The notes beneath the pieces were generated by a model. It ran no database searches, was not told the DNA's origin, and saw nothing but the letters and a program-made list of their open reading frames with translations. This document shows, one piece after another, positions 13,147 through 22,776 of a DNA stretch of 64,000 nucleotides. Positions within the stretch are counted from its first letter, which is position 1; each line of letters opens with the position of its first letter. The position numbers and the translations under genes are program-made. The DNA comes from Candidatus Goldiibacteriota bacterium. Its GTDB lineage: Bacteria; Oederibacteriota; PGYV01. The DNA lies in assembly GCA_016937715.1 (NCBI GenBank), contig JAFGWA010000017.1:3227-67226 (forward strand). The letters are read 5' to 3'.

Positions 13147-14256
13147 TTATTTTCTTATGGGCATTATAACGTAAGTAAGATTTTCTTTTCCTTCTGCTTT
13201 CATAACACCGGGATTCATGGAACTGATTAATTTAATTTCAATATTTTCTGATTCATTGGCTTTTAAAAAATCCATGATATAAACAGCATTGTACGAAACT
13301 TCAATGGGTTCACCGTCGTAAGTAATATCAATTTCTTCAAACGCTTCGCCTTCATCCGCGGTAGAAACATTGATATACAGTTTGTTATTTTCAAATTTAA
13401 AAAGTACTATTTTGGATTTGTCGCTTGAAATTACGGCGGCCCTTCTGATGGATGATGCAAGTTCTTCTTTTTTAATAAGCGCTTTCATATTAAAATCTTT
13501 GGGAATTACCTGCGAGTAATTGGGATAATTTTCATCTATTACCCTGGATACAATTTCCATGTTAGGAAAGATAAATTCAATAACTTTTTCATAAAAATTA
13601 AGAGTAATTTCTGTTTCATCAGAAGGATTTAAAACCCTGGAAATTTCGTTAATGGTTTTAAGGGGTATAATATAATCCAGTTTTCCTTTAACAGGTGATT
13701 TTGTTTCTGCTTTATAATAAGCAAGCCTGTGCGCGTCTGTTGCCACTGCTTCTATTTTATTGCCTTCAAATTTTATAAATACCCCGTTTAAATTTCTCTT
13801 TGACGTGTCCTTTAAAGCGGCATACTGAATATTATCAAGTATTTCTTTTAACAGCGCCTGTGAAATAGTTACGCTTTCAAGTTTTTTTTCATCAAGCTGA
13901 AGCGCCGGAAAATCTTCCGCGGGAAGGCCCGGCATTTTATACGCCGCTTTTTTACATTTTAAACTTATATTGTCGTTTTTATCCGATTCTATTGTAATAT
14001 CCGCGCCGTCTTCAAATTCTTTAATAAGGGTAATTATCTTTCTTGGAATTGTGGTTTTTCCTTCTTCTTTTATATTTTCCACTTTGCATTTTATTTTAGC
14101 GCTTATATCCATATCTGTTGCCGTAAGGTTTAAATAGTCACCGTCAGCTTCAAAAAGGATATTGGAAAGAAGGGGTAACGTGGAACCGGAAGCTATAAAG
14201 TATTGTGCAACCTGCAGCGAATTTAAAATTTCTTCTTTATTTGTCTTTATTTTCAT
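13147..14256 (-). CDS. dnaN: DNA polymerase III beta sliding clamp
   Basis: 369 aa with a three-domain clamp architecture, located immediately downstream of dnaA. Confidence 0.9.
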   Translation of the reverse strand: MKIKTNKEEILNSLQVAQYFIASGSTLPLLSNILFEADGDYLNLTATDMDISAKIKCKVENIKEEGKTTIPRKIITLIKEFEDGADITIESDKNDNISLKCKKAAYKMPGLPAEDFPALQLDEKKLESVTISQALLKEILDNIQYAALKDTSKRNLNGVFIKFEGNKIEAVATDAHRLAYYKAETKSPVKGKLDYIIPLKTINEISRVLNPSDETEITLNFYEKVIEFIFPNMEIVSRVIDENYPNYSQVIPKDFNMKALIKKEELASSIRRAAVISSDKSKIVLFKFENNKLYINVSTADEGEAFEEIDITYDGEPIEVSYNAVYIMDFLKANESENIEIKLISSMNPGVMKAEGKENLTYVIMPIRK

Positions 14257-14676
14257 ATTTCCTCCTGAATAAAATATTTTTAAAAGTTTTCAACATTGTA
14301 AAAACTCATCAATAACAATTATTTAAATATATATAACCTTTGTTGTAGTTGTTGTAGTGTTAATATGACTAATAACCTTAAAAATATTATATTTTAAAAA
14401 GCTTTATAAGTTTTGTTAATGTTAATTGTTATAATATTTTAATACATAACCCGGTATTTATCCACAAAAAAATGACCCTATTTTTATTAACATTTTAATG
14501 AACACGTTATTATGATAGTTGTTAACATAAACCGTATTAATAAATAATATAATAAAGAAAGCAAATTTAAACACACAGAAGGTTAGATGCTTTGAGGCTT
14601 TGAGGCTTGACAAGCAAATAAAGGATGAAAAATATTCAGCTTCTGTGTAATGACGGGGTAACAAAAAAATTAATAT
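14257..14676. other. dnaA-dnaN intergenic spacer: candidate oriC/DNA-unwinding element (AT-rich, one perfect DnaA box)
   Basis: A 420-bp gene-free, extremely AT-rich spacer in the classical oriC position. It has a perfect TTATCCACA box at 14458-14466 and short direct repeats (gttgttgtagt x2; gctttgagg x2). Confidence 0.45.
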
Positions 14677-16020
14677 TTACTTTTTTACTCTCATTACTAT
14701 TTCATTTATTGAGTTTTTAAATTTATCGTCTGATTTTACAAGTTTATCAACTTTATTTATTGCGTGCATAACTGTTGTGTGGTCTTTGCCTCCAAAATAC
14801 TGGCCTATTTGAACAAGCGAATAATCTGTAAGGCTGCGCGTGATATACATTGCCACCTGGCGTGATTTTGCTATGTTTTCATACCTTTTTTTGGACAAAA
14901 GGTCCTGTACTTTTATTCCGAAATAATCGGAAACTATCTGTTGTATCATATCAATACCTATTTTTTTTGCCTGGTCAAACTTTGGATTTCTTATTTTAAT
15001 TGCTTTCTTGGCAAGTTCAATATCAAGTTCTTCGGGGTTTTCCGCCAGTATCAGCAGGTTTTTAAGCGTGCTTTCAAGTTCCCTTATATTATTATCAATG
15101 TGTTCCGCTATATACCCGATAACATTATCAGGAACTTCTTTGTTGGATTCCATGGCTTTCTGTTTTAATATAGCCACCCTTGTTTCAAAGTCCGGAGCAA
15201 GAATATCCGCAATAATTCCGGAAGAGAACCTTGATTTAAGTCGGTCTTCAAGCTTCAAGTCGCCGGGCGGGGAATCTGATGTGGCCACAATCTGTTTGTT
15301 GTGGTTGTATAATTCATTAAAAGTATGAAAGAATTCTTCAATTGTGGCGTCGCCGCGTAAAAACTGAATGTCATCCACTAAAAGCAGGTCAGTGCTTCTG
15401 TAGCGGTTTTTAAATTCATCCATCTTATTTTCGCGGATTCCCTGAGTCACTTCAAAAAGGAATTTTTCCGCTGTGATTATCATTATTTTTTTTGAAGGAT
15501 CCTGTTCATAAATGTATGTTCCGATAGCGTGTAAAAGGTGTGTTTTTCCAAGCCCTACGCCCCCATAGATGAACAAAGGGTTGTATGCCTGTCCCGGTGC
15601 CTCTGCCACTGCTTTACAGGCAGCGTGCGCGAACCTGTTGCTTTGGCCTACTATGAAGTTATCAAATCGGAAACGCGAGTTTAATGAAGGTATAAAAGGG
15701 TGCTGAGGGTCAAGCGGAAGCAATATCTGCTGTTCTTTAATGACAATTTTGGATGACTGGTCTTTTTTGGGTTCTTCAGTTTTAATAACTTCCAATTTAA
15801 GGTCAGATACCTGCCTAAAACCCTTTTCAATTGATTCCATAAGCTCGTTTTTATACTTGGCAAGGGTTTTTTGATGAAGAGAGTCAGGTATGGTGATTAC
15901 AACACAGTCTTTTTCTGTGTTAAAAGACACAGTAGCCTTTTCAAGCCATAAGTTAAGGCCGCTATTTTCTTCTTTAATGGAATTAATAATAACTTCCCAG
16001 TTAAATTCTTTGTTTTTCAA
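14677..16020 (-). CDS. dnaA: chromosomal replication initiator DnaA (start revised to TTG at 16020; the ORF-track ATG at 16092 would read through two DnaA boxes)
   Basis: AAA+ Walker A GGVGLGKTHL and the C-terminal DNA-binding domain. Homology to the DnaA N-terminus begins at ...EFNWEVI. A TTG (minus 16020) is preceded by AAGGGG 8 nt upstream, and perfect TTATCCACA boxes at 16049-16057 and 16071-16079 fall inside the longer ATG-initiated frame. Confidence 0.9.
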   Translation of the reverse strand: MKNKEFNWEVIINSIKEENSGLNLWLEKATVSFNTEKDCVVITIPDSLHQKTLAKYKNELMESIEKGFRQVSDLKLEVIKTEEPKKDQSSKIVIKEQQILLPLDPQHPFIPSLNSRFRFDNFIVGQSNRFAHAACKAVAEAPGQAYNPLFIYGGVGLGKTHLLHAIGTYIYEQDPSKKIMIITAEKFLFEVTQGIRENKMDEFKNRYRSTDLLLVDDIQFLRGDATIEEFFHTFNELYNHNKQIVATSDSPPGDLKLEDRLKSRFSSGIIADILAPDFETRVAILKQKAMESNKEVPDNVIGYIAEHIDNNIRELESTLKNLLILAENPEELDIELAKKAIKIRNPKFDQAKKIGIDMIQQIVSDYFGIKVQDLLSKKRYENIAKSRQVAMYITRSLTDYSLVQIGQYFGGKDHTTVMHAINKVDKLVKSDDKFKNSINEIVMRVKK

Positions 16021-16048
16021 GCTTAAATACCCCTTGTTTTTACACAAC

Positions 16049-16144
16049 TTATCCACAAGTTGAAGTATAGTTATCCACAATATTAATGCCATATAAATAA
16101 GACATTTAATAAGTTATTAAGATTTTCCACAAAACTTATCAACA
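16049..16144. promoter_or_regulatory. DnaA-box cluster upstream of dnaA (autoregulatory region and/or oriC box array)
   Basis: TTATCCACA at 16049-16057 and 16071-16079; TTTTCCACA at 16123-16131; TTATCAACA at 16136-16144. Confidence 0.6.
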
Positions 16145-16256
16145 AAGCAATAATACCACATTATGGAATACAAATATACATAAATAATCAAAGTTCTACA
16201 GGACAGCGTATTATAGGAAGATGCGGTTAAAATGTCAAGCGCTATTTAAGAGAGGT

Positions 16257-16967
16257 CTAGTAATTATATGTCAGCAATACGCCCGGATTGTTATCGTAAT
16301 AGGCAGCCTGAACCTTTACAGGAAAGGCAAGGTGAAGCCATGCAGCGTCAAGAGCCGTATAAATTAAACAGGCGGAAGTTATAGATGTAACAATAATTGC
16401 AGTGGTTAATTTTTCATTGGCTTGTTTTTCCATATTTTTTAGTAAGTTATAATTATCCATAGTAGTGTTGTTAATTTCATCATAAATACTATTATAATCA
16501 GAAATATAATTGGAATATCCCAGCCATGAAAAAGCCGTTGTTGCCGCGCCGAATATATCTGCGGCAATAAGAAGCTTGCCGGGCAGCGGAATTTCATTTT
16601 CCCTGTTTTTGGCGGCTATTTCCGCCTCCCTTGCCGCTTCTGCCGCTGCTTCTGCCTGAGCCTGCGCAGGGTCTTTTTTTATACCAAGAAAATCTCCTAA
16701 ATCATCAAACATGGTCCTTGTTTTTGTGGGAACAGCTGTCGCAGCGGGTGAAGGTGCCGGTGTTGCCGCGGGGGATGCTGTGGTACCGGGAGTAATAACA
16801 GGCGTTGCAGACATATTCTGAAGTGCAGCTGTTATTGCCGTGGCAGTGGCTGCTACCGATGAATAATCTGTCCCTTCGGCTGCCGCAAAAGGTATTAATG
16901 CAATTGTTAATATAAAAGCCATTACTATTTTTTTCATTCTGTTTCCCCTTTTATTAAGTTTGTCCAT
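16257..16967 (-). CDS. secreted hypothetical protein (Ala/Pro/Thr-rich linker)
   Basis: Signal peptide MKKIVMAFILTIALIPFAAA (the real start is probably this internal Met). Low-complexity ATPAPSPAATAVPT region. No recognisable domain. Confidence 0.4.
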   Translation of the reverse strand: MDKLNKRGNRMKKIVMAFILTIALIPFAAAEGTDYSSVAATATAITAALQNMSATPVITPGTTASPAATPAPSPAATAVPTKTRTMFDDLGDFLGIKKDPAQAQAEAAAEAAREAEIAAKNRENEIPLPGKLLIAADIFGAATTAFSWLGYSNYISDYNSIYDEINNTTMDNYNLLKNMEKQANEKLTTAIIVTSITSACLIYTALDAAWLHLAFPVKVQAAYYDNNPGVLLTYNY

Positions 16968-17000
16968 ATACTATAAAACAAAATATAACCTATGTCCATT

Positions 17001-17037
17001 AATAAATAAAAAAACCCGGGGCTGTTAACCCCGGGTT
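17001..17037 (-). terminator. rho-independent terminator of porin-like paralog A
   Basis: 9-bp GC-rich stem AACCCGGGG/CCCCGGGTT with loop CTGTTAA, followed on the minus strand by TTTTTTTATTTATT. Confidence 0.7.
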
Positions 17038-17056
17038 TTGAAAAGTTAAAGAAGTT

Positions 17057-18481
17057 TTATTTCCAGAGATAGCTTACTGCCACTCCTGAATTAAGATTAC
17101 CGGAATTCTGACCGCTTATAAAATTAGGGCCGGAAATCAGGATATAGGGATTAAGGAACATATCAAGCTTTAAATCGCCTATCACTCCGCTTAAACCGAT
17201 GCTGTAAGACAATTCAGGTGAAATTACATTGTCATATTCCGTGGCTAAGTGGGTAATTTTAGGTTCCGGGCTGAACATTGCAGACTGGAAATCGTATTTT
17301 GTGCCGTTTAAACCAACAAGCGTAAAGTTTACGCCTGAATTTACCGACCATGTTTCGTTAAGCTTTCCTTCAACCGCAAGGTGGAAAGGAATTTCAAAAA
17401 CTGAAGAATTTTCATAGTCGTTGCTTATATAGAACTTGCCAAGTCCTGGACCGCTATTTGTAAAGAATTCCATATACATTAAAGGAGCGCTTTCACCGGA
17501 CATTACAAGTCCGGATGAAACTAATACTTTAAATGATTTGCTTAATTCAAATGTTTTTCCTGTTAAAGCCTGTAATGCCAGTTTGCTGTTGTCAAAAACT
17601 ATTCTGTAGTCGTCATTATTGTTGGGATATTTAACATGTGCTGTAAAGTTGGATTTTGTCCAGTCCAGAAGCGCTATTACAAAGAAGCCTTCGCCTAAAT
17701 CTGTCCTTAATGACAGGTTAAGGTTTGTTTTGGAAGAATCCCTTTTGCTCCAGCCGTTATAAGTATAAGCGTTATACCAGTCTTCGCAGGAATCCAGATG
17801 ATTGTACTGCGTTAAGCTGACTGATACATCAACAGGAAGCCCAATCTTAAGCGACGCACCCGCTTTTAAAGCCATATACTGTACGGAATAGTCCTGTATA
17901 TCGGCATTTGAATAATCTATTATCATGGGCATATCATTAAAATTGGCATCAGAGTCTGAATAATTTAAATTTTTGTAATTATTTTTTTCAGTCGCATACT
18001 GGGCGGAAATACCAAAAGGAATATCGCCTATTTTGTTGGCATATGAAAGGCCAAATACATGATAAAGCATATAATCATAATACATCATGGGAGCAACTAT
18101 ATAGAAATTAGCGCCTTCCATTCCGTATAATACGGAAGGTTTTACTGATATTCCGAATGTTCCATAAGTTGTATTAAATACAGCCTGGCCGCTTATGTAA
18201 TTTTCAGTATTATCCATTTCGGGATTATATCTGTAATCATATAAGTATTCAAATATGGCGGAGTTTCCAAGAAGCGATAAATCCTGCACAAATATGTCTG
18301 TGCCGGTTACGCTTCCTTTTACAAGTACGCCCGGATAATCAGCCTGTGAAGCTTCTTCCACAAGGGTTGTAATTTCAACTTCAGCAGGTACTTCTGCTTT
18401 TACGGTTTTAGCCGCTGCTGCAAATAAAGGAAACGCAGAAGCTATTATAAGAATTGAAACTGTTATTAATATTTTTTTCAT
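17057..18481 (-). CDS. outer-membrane beta-barrel (porin-like) protein, paralog A
   Basis: Signal peptide MKKILITVSILIIASAFPLFAAAA, alternating amphipathic strands, aromatic C-terminus ...VSYLWK. It shares blocks with the next gene (YPGVLVKGSVTG; AVEGKLNETW.VNSGV; GDLKLDMFLNPYILISGPNFISG). Confidence 0.6.
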   Translation of the reverse strand: MKKILITVSILIIASAFPLFAAAAKTVKAEVPAEVEITTLVEEASQADYPGVLVKGSVTGTDIFVQDLSLLGNSAIFEYLYDYRYNPEMDNTENYISGQAVFNTTYGTFGISVKPSVLYGMEGANFYIVAPMMYYDYMLYHVFGLSYANKIGDIPFGISAQYATEKNNYKNLNYSDSDANFNDMPMIIDYSNADIQDYSVQYMALKAGASLKIGLPVDVSVSLTQYNHLDSCEDWYNAYTYNGWSKRDSSKTNLNLSLRTDLGEGFFVIALLDWTKSNFTAHVKYPNNNDDYRIVFDNSKLALQALTGKTFELSKSFKVLVSSGLVMSGESAPLMYMEFFTNSGPGLGKFYISNDYENSSVFEIPFHLAVEGKLNETWSVNSGVNFTLVGLNGTKYDFQSAMFSPEPKITHLATEYDNVISPELSYSIGLSGVIGDLKLDMFLNPYILISGPNFISGQNSGNLNSGVAVSYLWK

Positions 18482-18500
18482 TAATATGTCCCCCGAAAAT

Positions 18501-18540
18501 TTTGTTTAAAAAAAACGCCCGGGCTGTTAACCCGGGCGTT
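18501..18540 (-). terminator. rho-independent terminator of porin-like paralog B
   Basis: Stem AACGCCCGGG/CCCGGGCGTT with the same CTGTTAA loop as the paralog A terminator, followed on the minus strand by a T-run. Confidence 0.7.
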
Positions 18541-18564
18541 TTGTAAATTATATTATTGCCTAAA

Positions 18565-19791
18565 TTACTTCCAGCTGTAAACAACTGCTATGTCGGAATT
18601 AAGGTTCATTCCTGTATTTCCTGAAATGAATTCAGGTCCGCTTAAGAGGAAGTACGGGTTAATGTTCAGATCAAGCTGAAGGTCGCCGATTTTTCCTGTT
18701 ACGCCGATTGCATAGCCAACGTTCGGATCAATGTTAAAGTATCCGTCTTTGCGGTCTTCAGTTAATGATTTAGAATCAGCATCTTCAAGGAATTTAACTG
18801 AAGAAGCACGTGATGCAGCGATTTCTGCGCTAACGCCGGAATTTATTGTCCATGTTTCATTAAGTTTTCCTTCAACAGCAAAGTTTAAAGGAATTGAAAC
18901 ATACATATCTGTGTCTGTATCGCCTAAAGCATATGTTGTTGTTACTCCGGTTGTTTTGTATGTGTGCATTCCAACTGTATCAAGTTCAACAATAACACCT
19001 GAAGCCATCTTTACTGTAAGTGATTCGGTTGCCTTTATGTCTTTTCCAACTAAAGCTGCAAGTGTAAGGTAAGAATCTTCATAGATATTTTCGTCTTCAA
19101 TGTTTGTTGCTTCTACTTTTGTCTTATCTGAAGATGAATTCATTTCGAAATTCACTCCAAGAACTGCTGAAAGTCCGTCGCCAAGTCCGGCCCTTGCTGC
19201 TGCGCCGATATTCATATCGGAGTATACGTTTGTTCTTGTTTCGTTAAGGCTCTTGTCCGCGTTAAGGTCTTTTTCAAGATCCTGTCCGCTTCCCATGCCA
19301 AAATTTAATGAAAGGTCAAGTGCAAGGTCGCCCTTTAATGCAAGGCCAAGTGTTAATCCAAGGTACTGGTCATAATAAGATGTAACGTCGTTGTTTCCGT
19401 CAATTTCTGAATTGTCTACTGCTTCATATCCGTTGTTTTCTACGCCATAAAGAATTCCTGCTGCAACGTCCATTCCTTCAAGTCCTGTTGCATACTGAAG
19501 GCCGATCATGTTGTCGCTTCCGCCAAGTGCCGGGCTTGCTGATAATGCGAATGTTCCAAGGTCTGTTTTTAAAACTGTTAAACCATAAGCATCACCAACG
19601 TATTCAAAAAGTGCTACGTTTGACATCAGGGAGATGTCTGTGATGAATGTCTGCGCTCCAGATACGCTGCCCGGTACTAAAACTCCCGGATAGTTTGCCT
19701 GTGACTGGAGCTTTGTTACCGTGGTTACGCCTGCGAAAGCGGAACCGGCAACGAGTGCGAGTAAAGCTACTACTGTGATAAATTTCTTCAT
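18565..19791 (-). CDS. outer-membrane beta-barrel (porin-like) protein, paralog B
   Basis: Signal peptide MKKFITVVALLALVAGSAFA, C-terminus ...VVYSWK. It is clearly paralogous to 17057..18481. A strong AGGAGGG RBS sits 9 nt upstream of the start. Confidence 0.6.
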   Translation of the reverse strand: MKKFITVVALLALVAGSAFAGVTTVTKLQSQANYPGVLVPGSVSGAQTFITDISLMSNVALFEYVGDAYGLTVLKTDLGTFALSASPALGGSDNMIGLQYATGLEGMDVAAGILYGVENNGYEAVDNSEIDGNNDVTSYYDQYLGLTLGLALKGDLALDLSLNFGMGSGQDLEKDLNADKSLNETRTNVYSDMNIGAAARAGLGDGLSAVLGVNFEMNSSSDKTKVEATNIEDENIYEDSYLTLAALVGKDIKATESLTVKMASGVIVELDTVGMHTYKTTGVTTTYALGDTDTDMYVSIPLNFAVEGKLNETWTINSGVSAEIAASRASSVKFLEDADSKSLTEDRKDGYFNIDPNVGYAIGVTGKIGDLQLDLNINPYFLLSGPEFISGNTGMNLNSDIAVVYSWK

Positions 19792-20193
19792 TCGTATTGC
19801 CCTCCTAAAGGATTTTGAACTGCCTGTTTTTTTTAATTACCTTGTTTTTTTGGTTCAAATGCTTAACTTTGCTTAAAAATGGGGTAAAGAGCGTTTTTTT
19901 GAACTCTCTTAATCCACCCCCCTTCCTAAAGGGTATTTTATGCTTCTTTATTGCATAAATATCAAGTTAAATTAAGTTTTGCCTGTTTACTTTAATGAAC
20001 GTTTAATAACCCTGCCCTGTTATAATTGAATAAATTATAGCAGATATGGATTTTTTGTCAAGAAAAAATGTAAGTTTATTACGGTATTTTATATTTGAAG
20101 TAAATATTGCGTTAAGATATCATTAATTGTGCAAATACACTTGTTTTATGCTTTTATCTGTGTTAATATCATCAAAAATCACGGGAGGTATTT

Positions 20194-20607
20194 ATGGAAA
20201 AGATATTCAGGCTTGTTCTGGCGGGGATAGTTGCGGGTTTTGTTCTTTTTTTAGTGGCGGCATTGGCTTATAAATACAATAATCAGCTTACAGACCCTTC
20301 TTTACGTTACCTTTTCAGGGAAAATATATCAATGAAGTGGTTTTACAAGCTTCTATTCCTTAATATAGGAATGGGGATGGTAATGGCCGGGTTTTATTCT
20401 GTAATAAACGGCGGGCTTCCGGGTAAAGGGATGATAAAAGGCATATTTATGGGATTTATGATTTGGTTTTTACTTATTACCCAGCCGTTAATTACCCTTA
20501 TAGCGGCAGGAACGCTTACACAGGGGCTTTTAATCTCGTGGCTGGCACAGGGGCTTATAAGCTATGTGGCGGCCGGAATTTGTATTTCTGTGATTTATAA
20601 GTCTTAA
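20194..20607 (+). CDS. hypothetical small membrane protein
   Basis: 137 aa with four predicted TM helices; RBS GGGAGG upstream. Confidence 0.4.
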   Translation: MEKIFRLVLAGIVAGFVLFLVAALAYKYNNQLTDPSLRYLFRENISMKWFYKLLFLNIGMGMVMAGFYSVINGGLPGKGMIKGIFMGFMIWFLLITQPLITLIAAGTLTQGLLISWLAQGLISYVAAGICISVIYKS

Positions 20608-20618
20608 AAAATAAACAG

Positions 20619-20640
20619 TTAAGCATTAAGCAGAAGCGGA
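20619..20640. repeat. TAAGCA(A)TTAAGCAGAAGCG(A/G)A intergenic motif, copy 1
   Basis: ttaagcattaagcagaagcgga; the other copies are at 56858-56880 and 60815-60837. Confidence 0.5.
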
Positions 20641-20758
20641 ATATATGGTGAATTAAAGCTGGCGCTATGGGTATCTCTCATCACTCTGGCGGAGATGATA
20701 GATTGTGGATTTTAAGGCGGGAATTTTTAGATTTAAACACTTAATTGCTAAAACAACT

Positions 20759-20785
20759 GCCGCGGGCTAAAGACCCGCGTCTACC
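20759..20785. repeat. GCCGCGGGCT(A/G)AAGACCCGCGTCTACC hairpin-containing repeat, copy 1 (the inverted copy is at 45234-45261)
   Basis: gccgcgggctaaagacccgcgtctacc here; ggtagacgcgggtcttcagcccgcggac at 45234-45261 is its reverse complement with one substitution. Confidence 0.5.
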
Positions 20786-20826
20786 AAGGCTTTATTCTTC
20801 AAAGCATCTAAACATTCGGTCTCATT

Positions 20827-20860
20827 TATGGGATATGGGATAAATGGTTATGGGATAATG
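20827..20860. repeat. triplicated TATGGGATA motif
   Basis: tatgggatatgggataaatggttatgggataatg. Single TATGGGATA copies recur at about 45551, 55660, 56902 and 60903. Confidence 0.5.
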
Positions 20861-20870
20861 TTTAAAGTTG

Positions 20871-21416
20871 TTAATTATTCCATTCAAATATAAAAGAAAG
20901 GCCGTTTTTGCAGGGAAGTTCACTGCCTTTTATGTTTTTGCCGCCTGTAAGGGCAATTACCCCTTTTGACCATCCCAGTATCCTTCTTGAAAGGTGCGGA
21001 GAGCATGGAAAATCGTTTAAAGTAAGTTTTACCCTGTTATCTTTTATGAATTCCGCCCGGGCGCTGCCGTTTGAATAATATGTGGAAAATATCATAGGGG
21101 CATTTGTAAAAAGCGTGGCAGGTTTCATTCCGGTAAAAAGTTTGTGTGAGCTTTCAAAAGCTTTTTTTGACGCGTAAAAGCCCATTTCTTCAAGTAATGA
21201 AAGGTCGCAATAACCAAAATAAGAATCTGATTTTTCAAGAACTGAAATTAAAGTTTCTATGGGGTACCAGTCAATGTCGGAACATGAATTAATGGTTTCA
21301 AATTCCTGATATTTGTCCAGGAAAGATAAAAGTTTCTGTTCCCCGAATTTTTCTTTTAAATATTCAAGGGTCTGTTTTAAAGTCCTTCCTTTTACCTGCA
21401 TTGCTGTCTCCTTCAA
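20871..21416 (-). CDS. hypothetical cytoplasmic protein
   Basis: 181-aa ORF with reasonable coding composition. No family recognised by eye. Confidence 0.35.
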   Translation of the reverse strand: MKETAMQVKGRTLKQTLEYLKEKFGEQKLLSFLDKYQEFETINSCSDIDWYPIETLISVLEKSDSYFGYCDLSLLEEMGFYASKKAFESSHKLFTGMKPATLFTNAPMIFSTYYSNGSARAEFIKDNRVKLTLNDFPCSPHLSRRILGWSKGVIALTGGKNIKGSELPCKNGLSFIFEWNN

Positions 21417-21465
21417 GTGTGTATGTTTTGACCGGGTTGTTAAGACAGTACAAGGTAATTATACT

Positions 21466-22776
21466 TTATTTTTTCTTTTTATCTTCAATTGTCTTATTAA
21501 GAAGCGCTGTGTTCATTTCTTTAATGGCGCAAAGTTCGCCGCACATTGTGCATACATCTTCCGCGGAAGGCCTGGAAGATTCGCGCATTTTTTTCGCGCG
21601 CTCCGGGTCAATAGACAGGTTAATCTGCGCTTCCCAGTCAAGATTTTTTCTGGCTTCTGCCATTTTGTTGTCCCATTCAATCGCGCCGGGAACACCTTTA
21701 GCTATATCAGCCGCGTGCGCGGCAATTCTGGAAACTATTACGCCTTCTTTAACTTCTTCGGCGCCGGGAAGTTTTAAATGTTCAGCCGCGGTTACGTAGC
21801 AAAGAAAATCGGCTCCGTTAGCTGCCGCCAATGCGCCGCCTATTGCCGCGGTGATATGATCATAACCCGGGGCGATATCGGTAACCAAAGGTCCCAGGAC
21901 ATAAAAAGGCGCGTTGTTGCAAAGTTTTTTTTGTATCTGCATGTTTGTAACTATCTGGTTTAAAGGCATATGGCCGGGGCCTTCAATCATTACCTGTACG
22001 TTTTTATCATAAGCGCGTTTTGCAAGTTCGCCAAGCACGGACAGTTCGTGTATCTGTGCCCTGTCTGTGGCGTCTGACAGGCAGCCGGGCCTCATTCCGT
22101 CGCCAAGCGAAAGCGTCATGTCGTATTTATATGCAATTTCAAGAAGGCGGTCATACTGTTCATAAAGCGGGTTTTCTTTTTCATTGTTCAGTATCCAGGC
22201 GGCGTGCATTGAACCGCCCCTGCTTACTATATTAAGTTTTCTTCCCTGTGATAAAAGCGACTGCACTGTATTTTTTGTGATACCGCAGTGTACTGTTATA
22301 AAGTCAACGCCCTGTTCGCCGTGTTCTTCTATTGTTTTAAAAAGGTCATCTGCGGTCATTTCTGTTAAACCGCGGCCATCGCGTTTTATATCAACCATTG
22401 TCTGATAAATAGGCACTGTTCCAATGGGGACAACCGAAGCTGCCACTATTTCTTTTCTTATTTCCCTTATATCGCCGCCGGTGGATAAATCCATTACGGC
22501 GTCCGCGCCGTGTTTTACGCAAAGGTCAAGTTTTTCAAGTTCGTTTTTAATATCGCATACATCCTGCGAGCTTCCTATGTTGGCGTTTACTTTGGTGCGC
22601 AGCCCGCTGCCTATACCCGTGGCTTTAACCTTAGAGTGGTTTTTATTTTTGGTAATAACAATTTCGCCGGCTGCCATTTTTGCTATCAAAAATTCAACAG
22701 TTACTTTTTCATCGGCCGCGACACGGCGTATTTCTTCCGTGATAATCCCTTTTTTTGCGTATTCAAGCTGTGTCAT
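21466..22776 (-). CDS. thiC: phosphomethylpyrimidine synthase ThiC
   Basis: Full-length ThiC homology including the C-terminal CTMCGELCA radical-SAM-type cysteine cluster. Its start overlaps the upstream ORF by 4 nt. Confidence 0.9.
   Translation of the reverse strand: MTQLEYAKKGIITEEIRRVAADEKVTVEFLIAKMAAGEIVITKNKNHSKVKATGIGSGLRTKVNANIGSSQDVCDIKNELEKLDLCVKHGADAVMDLSTGGDIREIRKEIVAASVVPIGTVPIYQTMVDIKRDGRGLTEMTADDLFKTIEEHGEQGVDFITVHCGITKNTVQSLLSQGRKLNIVSRGGSMHAAWILNNEKENPLYEQYDRLLEIAYKYDMTLSLGDGMRPGCLSDATDRAQIHELSVLGELAKRAYDKNVQVMIEGPGHMPLNQIVTNMQIQKKLCNNAPFYVLGPLVTDIAPGYDHITAAIGGALAAANGADFLCYVTAAEHLKLPGAEEVKEGVIVSRIAAHAADIAKGVPGAIEWDNKMAEARKNLDWEAQINLSIDPERAKKMRESSRPSAEDVCTMCGELCAIKEMNTALLNKTIEDKKKK

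Noticed and set aside
16093-16256. Small ORFs or tRNA in the dnaA upstream spacer and other AT-rich spacers (19792-20193, 33445-33633)
   Set aside because: No cloverleaf-compatible segments (no T-loop GTTCRANYC, no acceptor-stem pairing) and no rRNA-like conserved blocks. No RNA genes are called.
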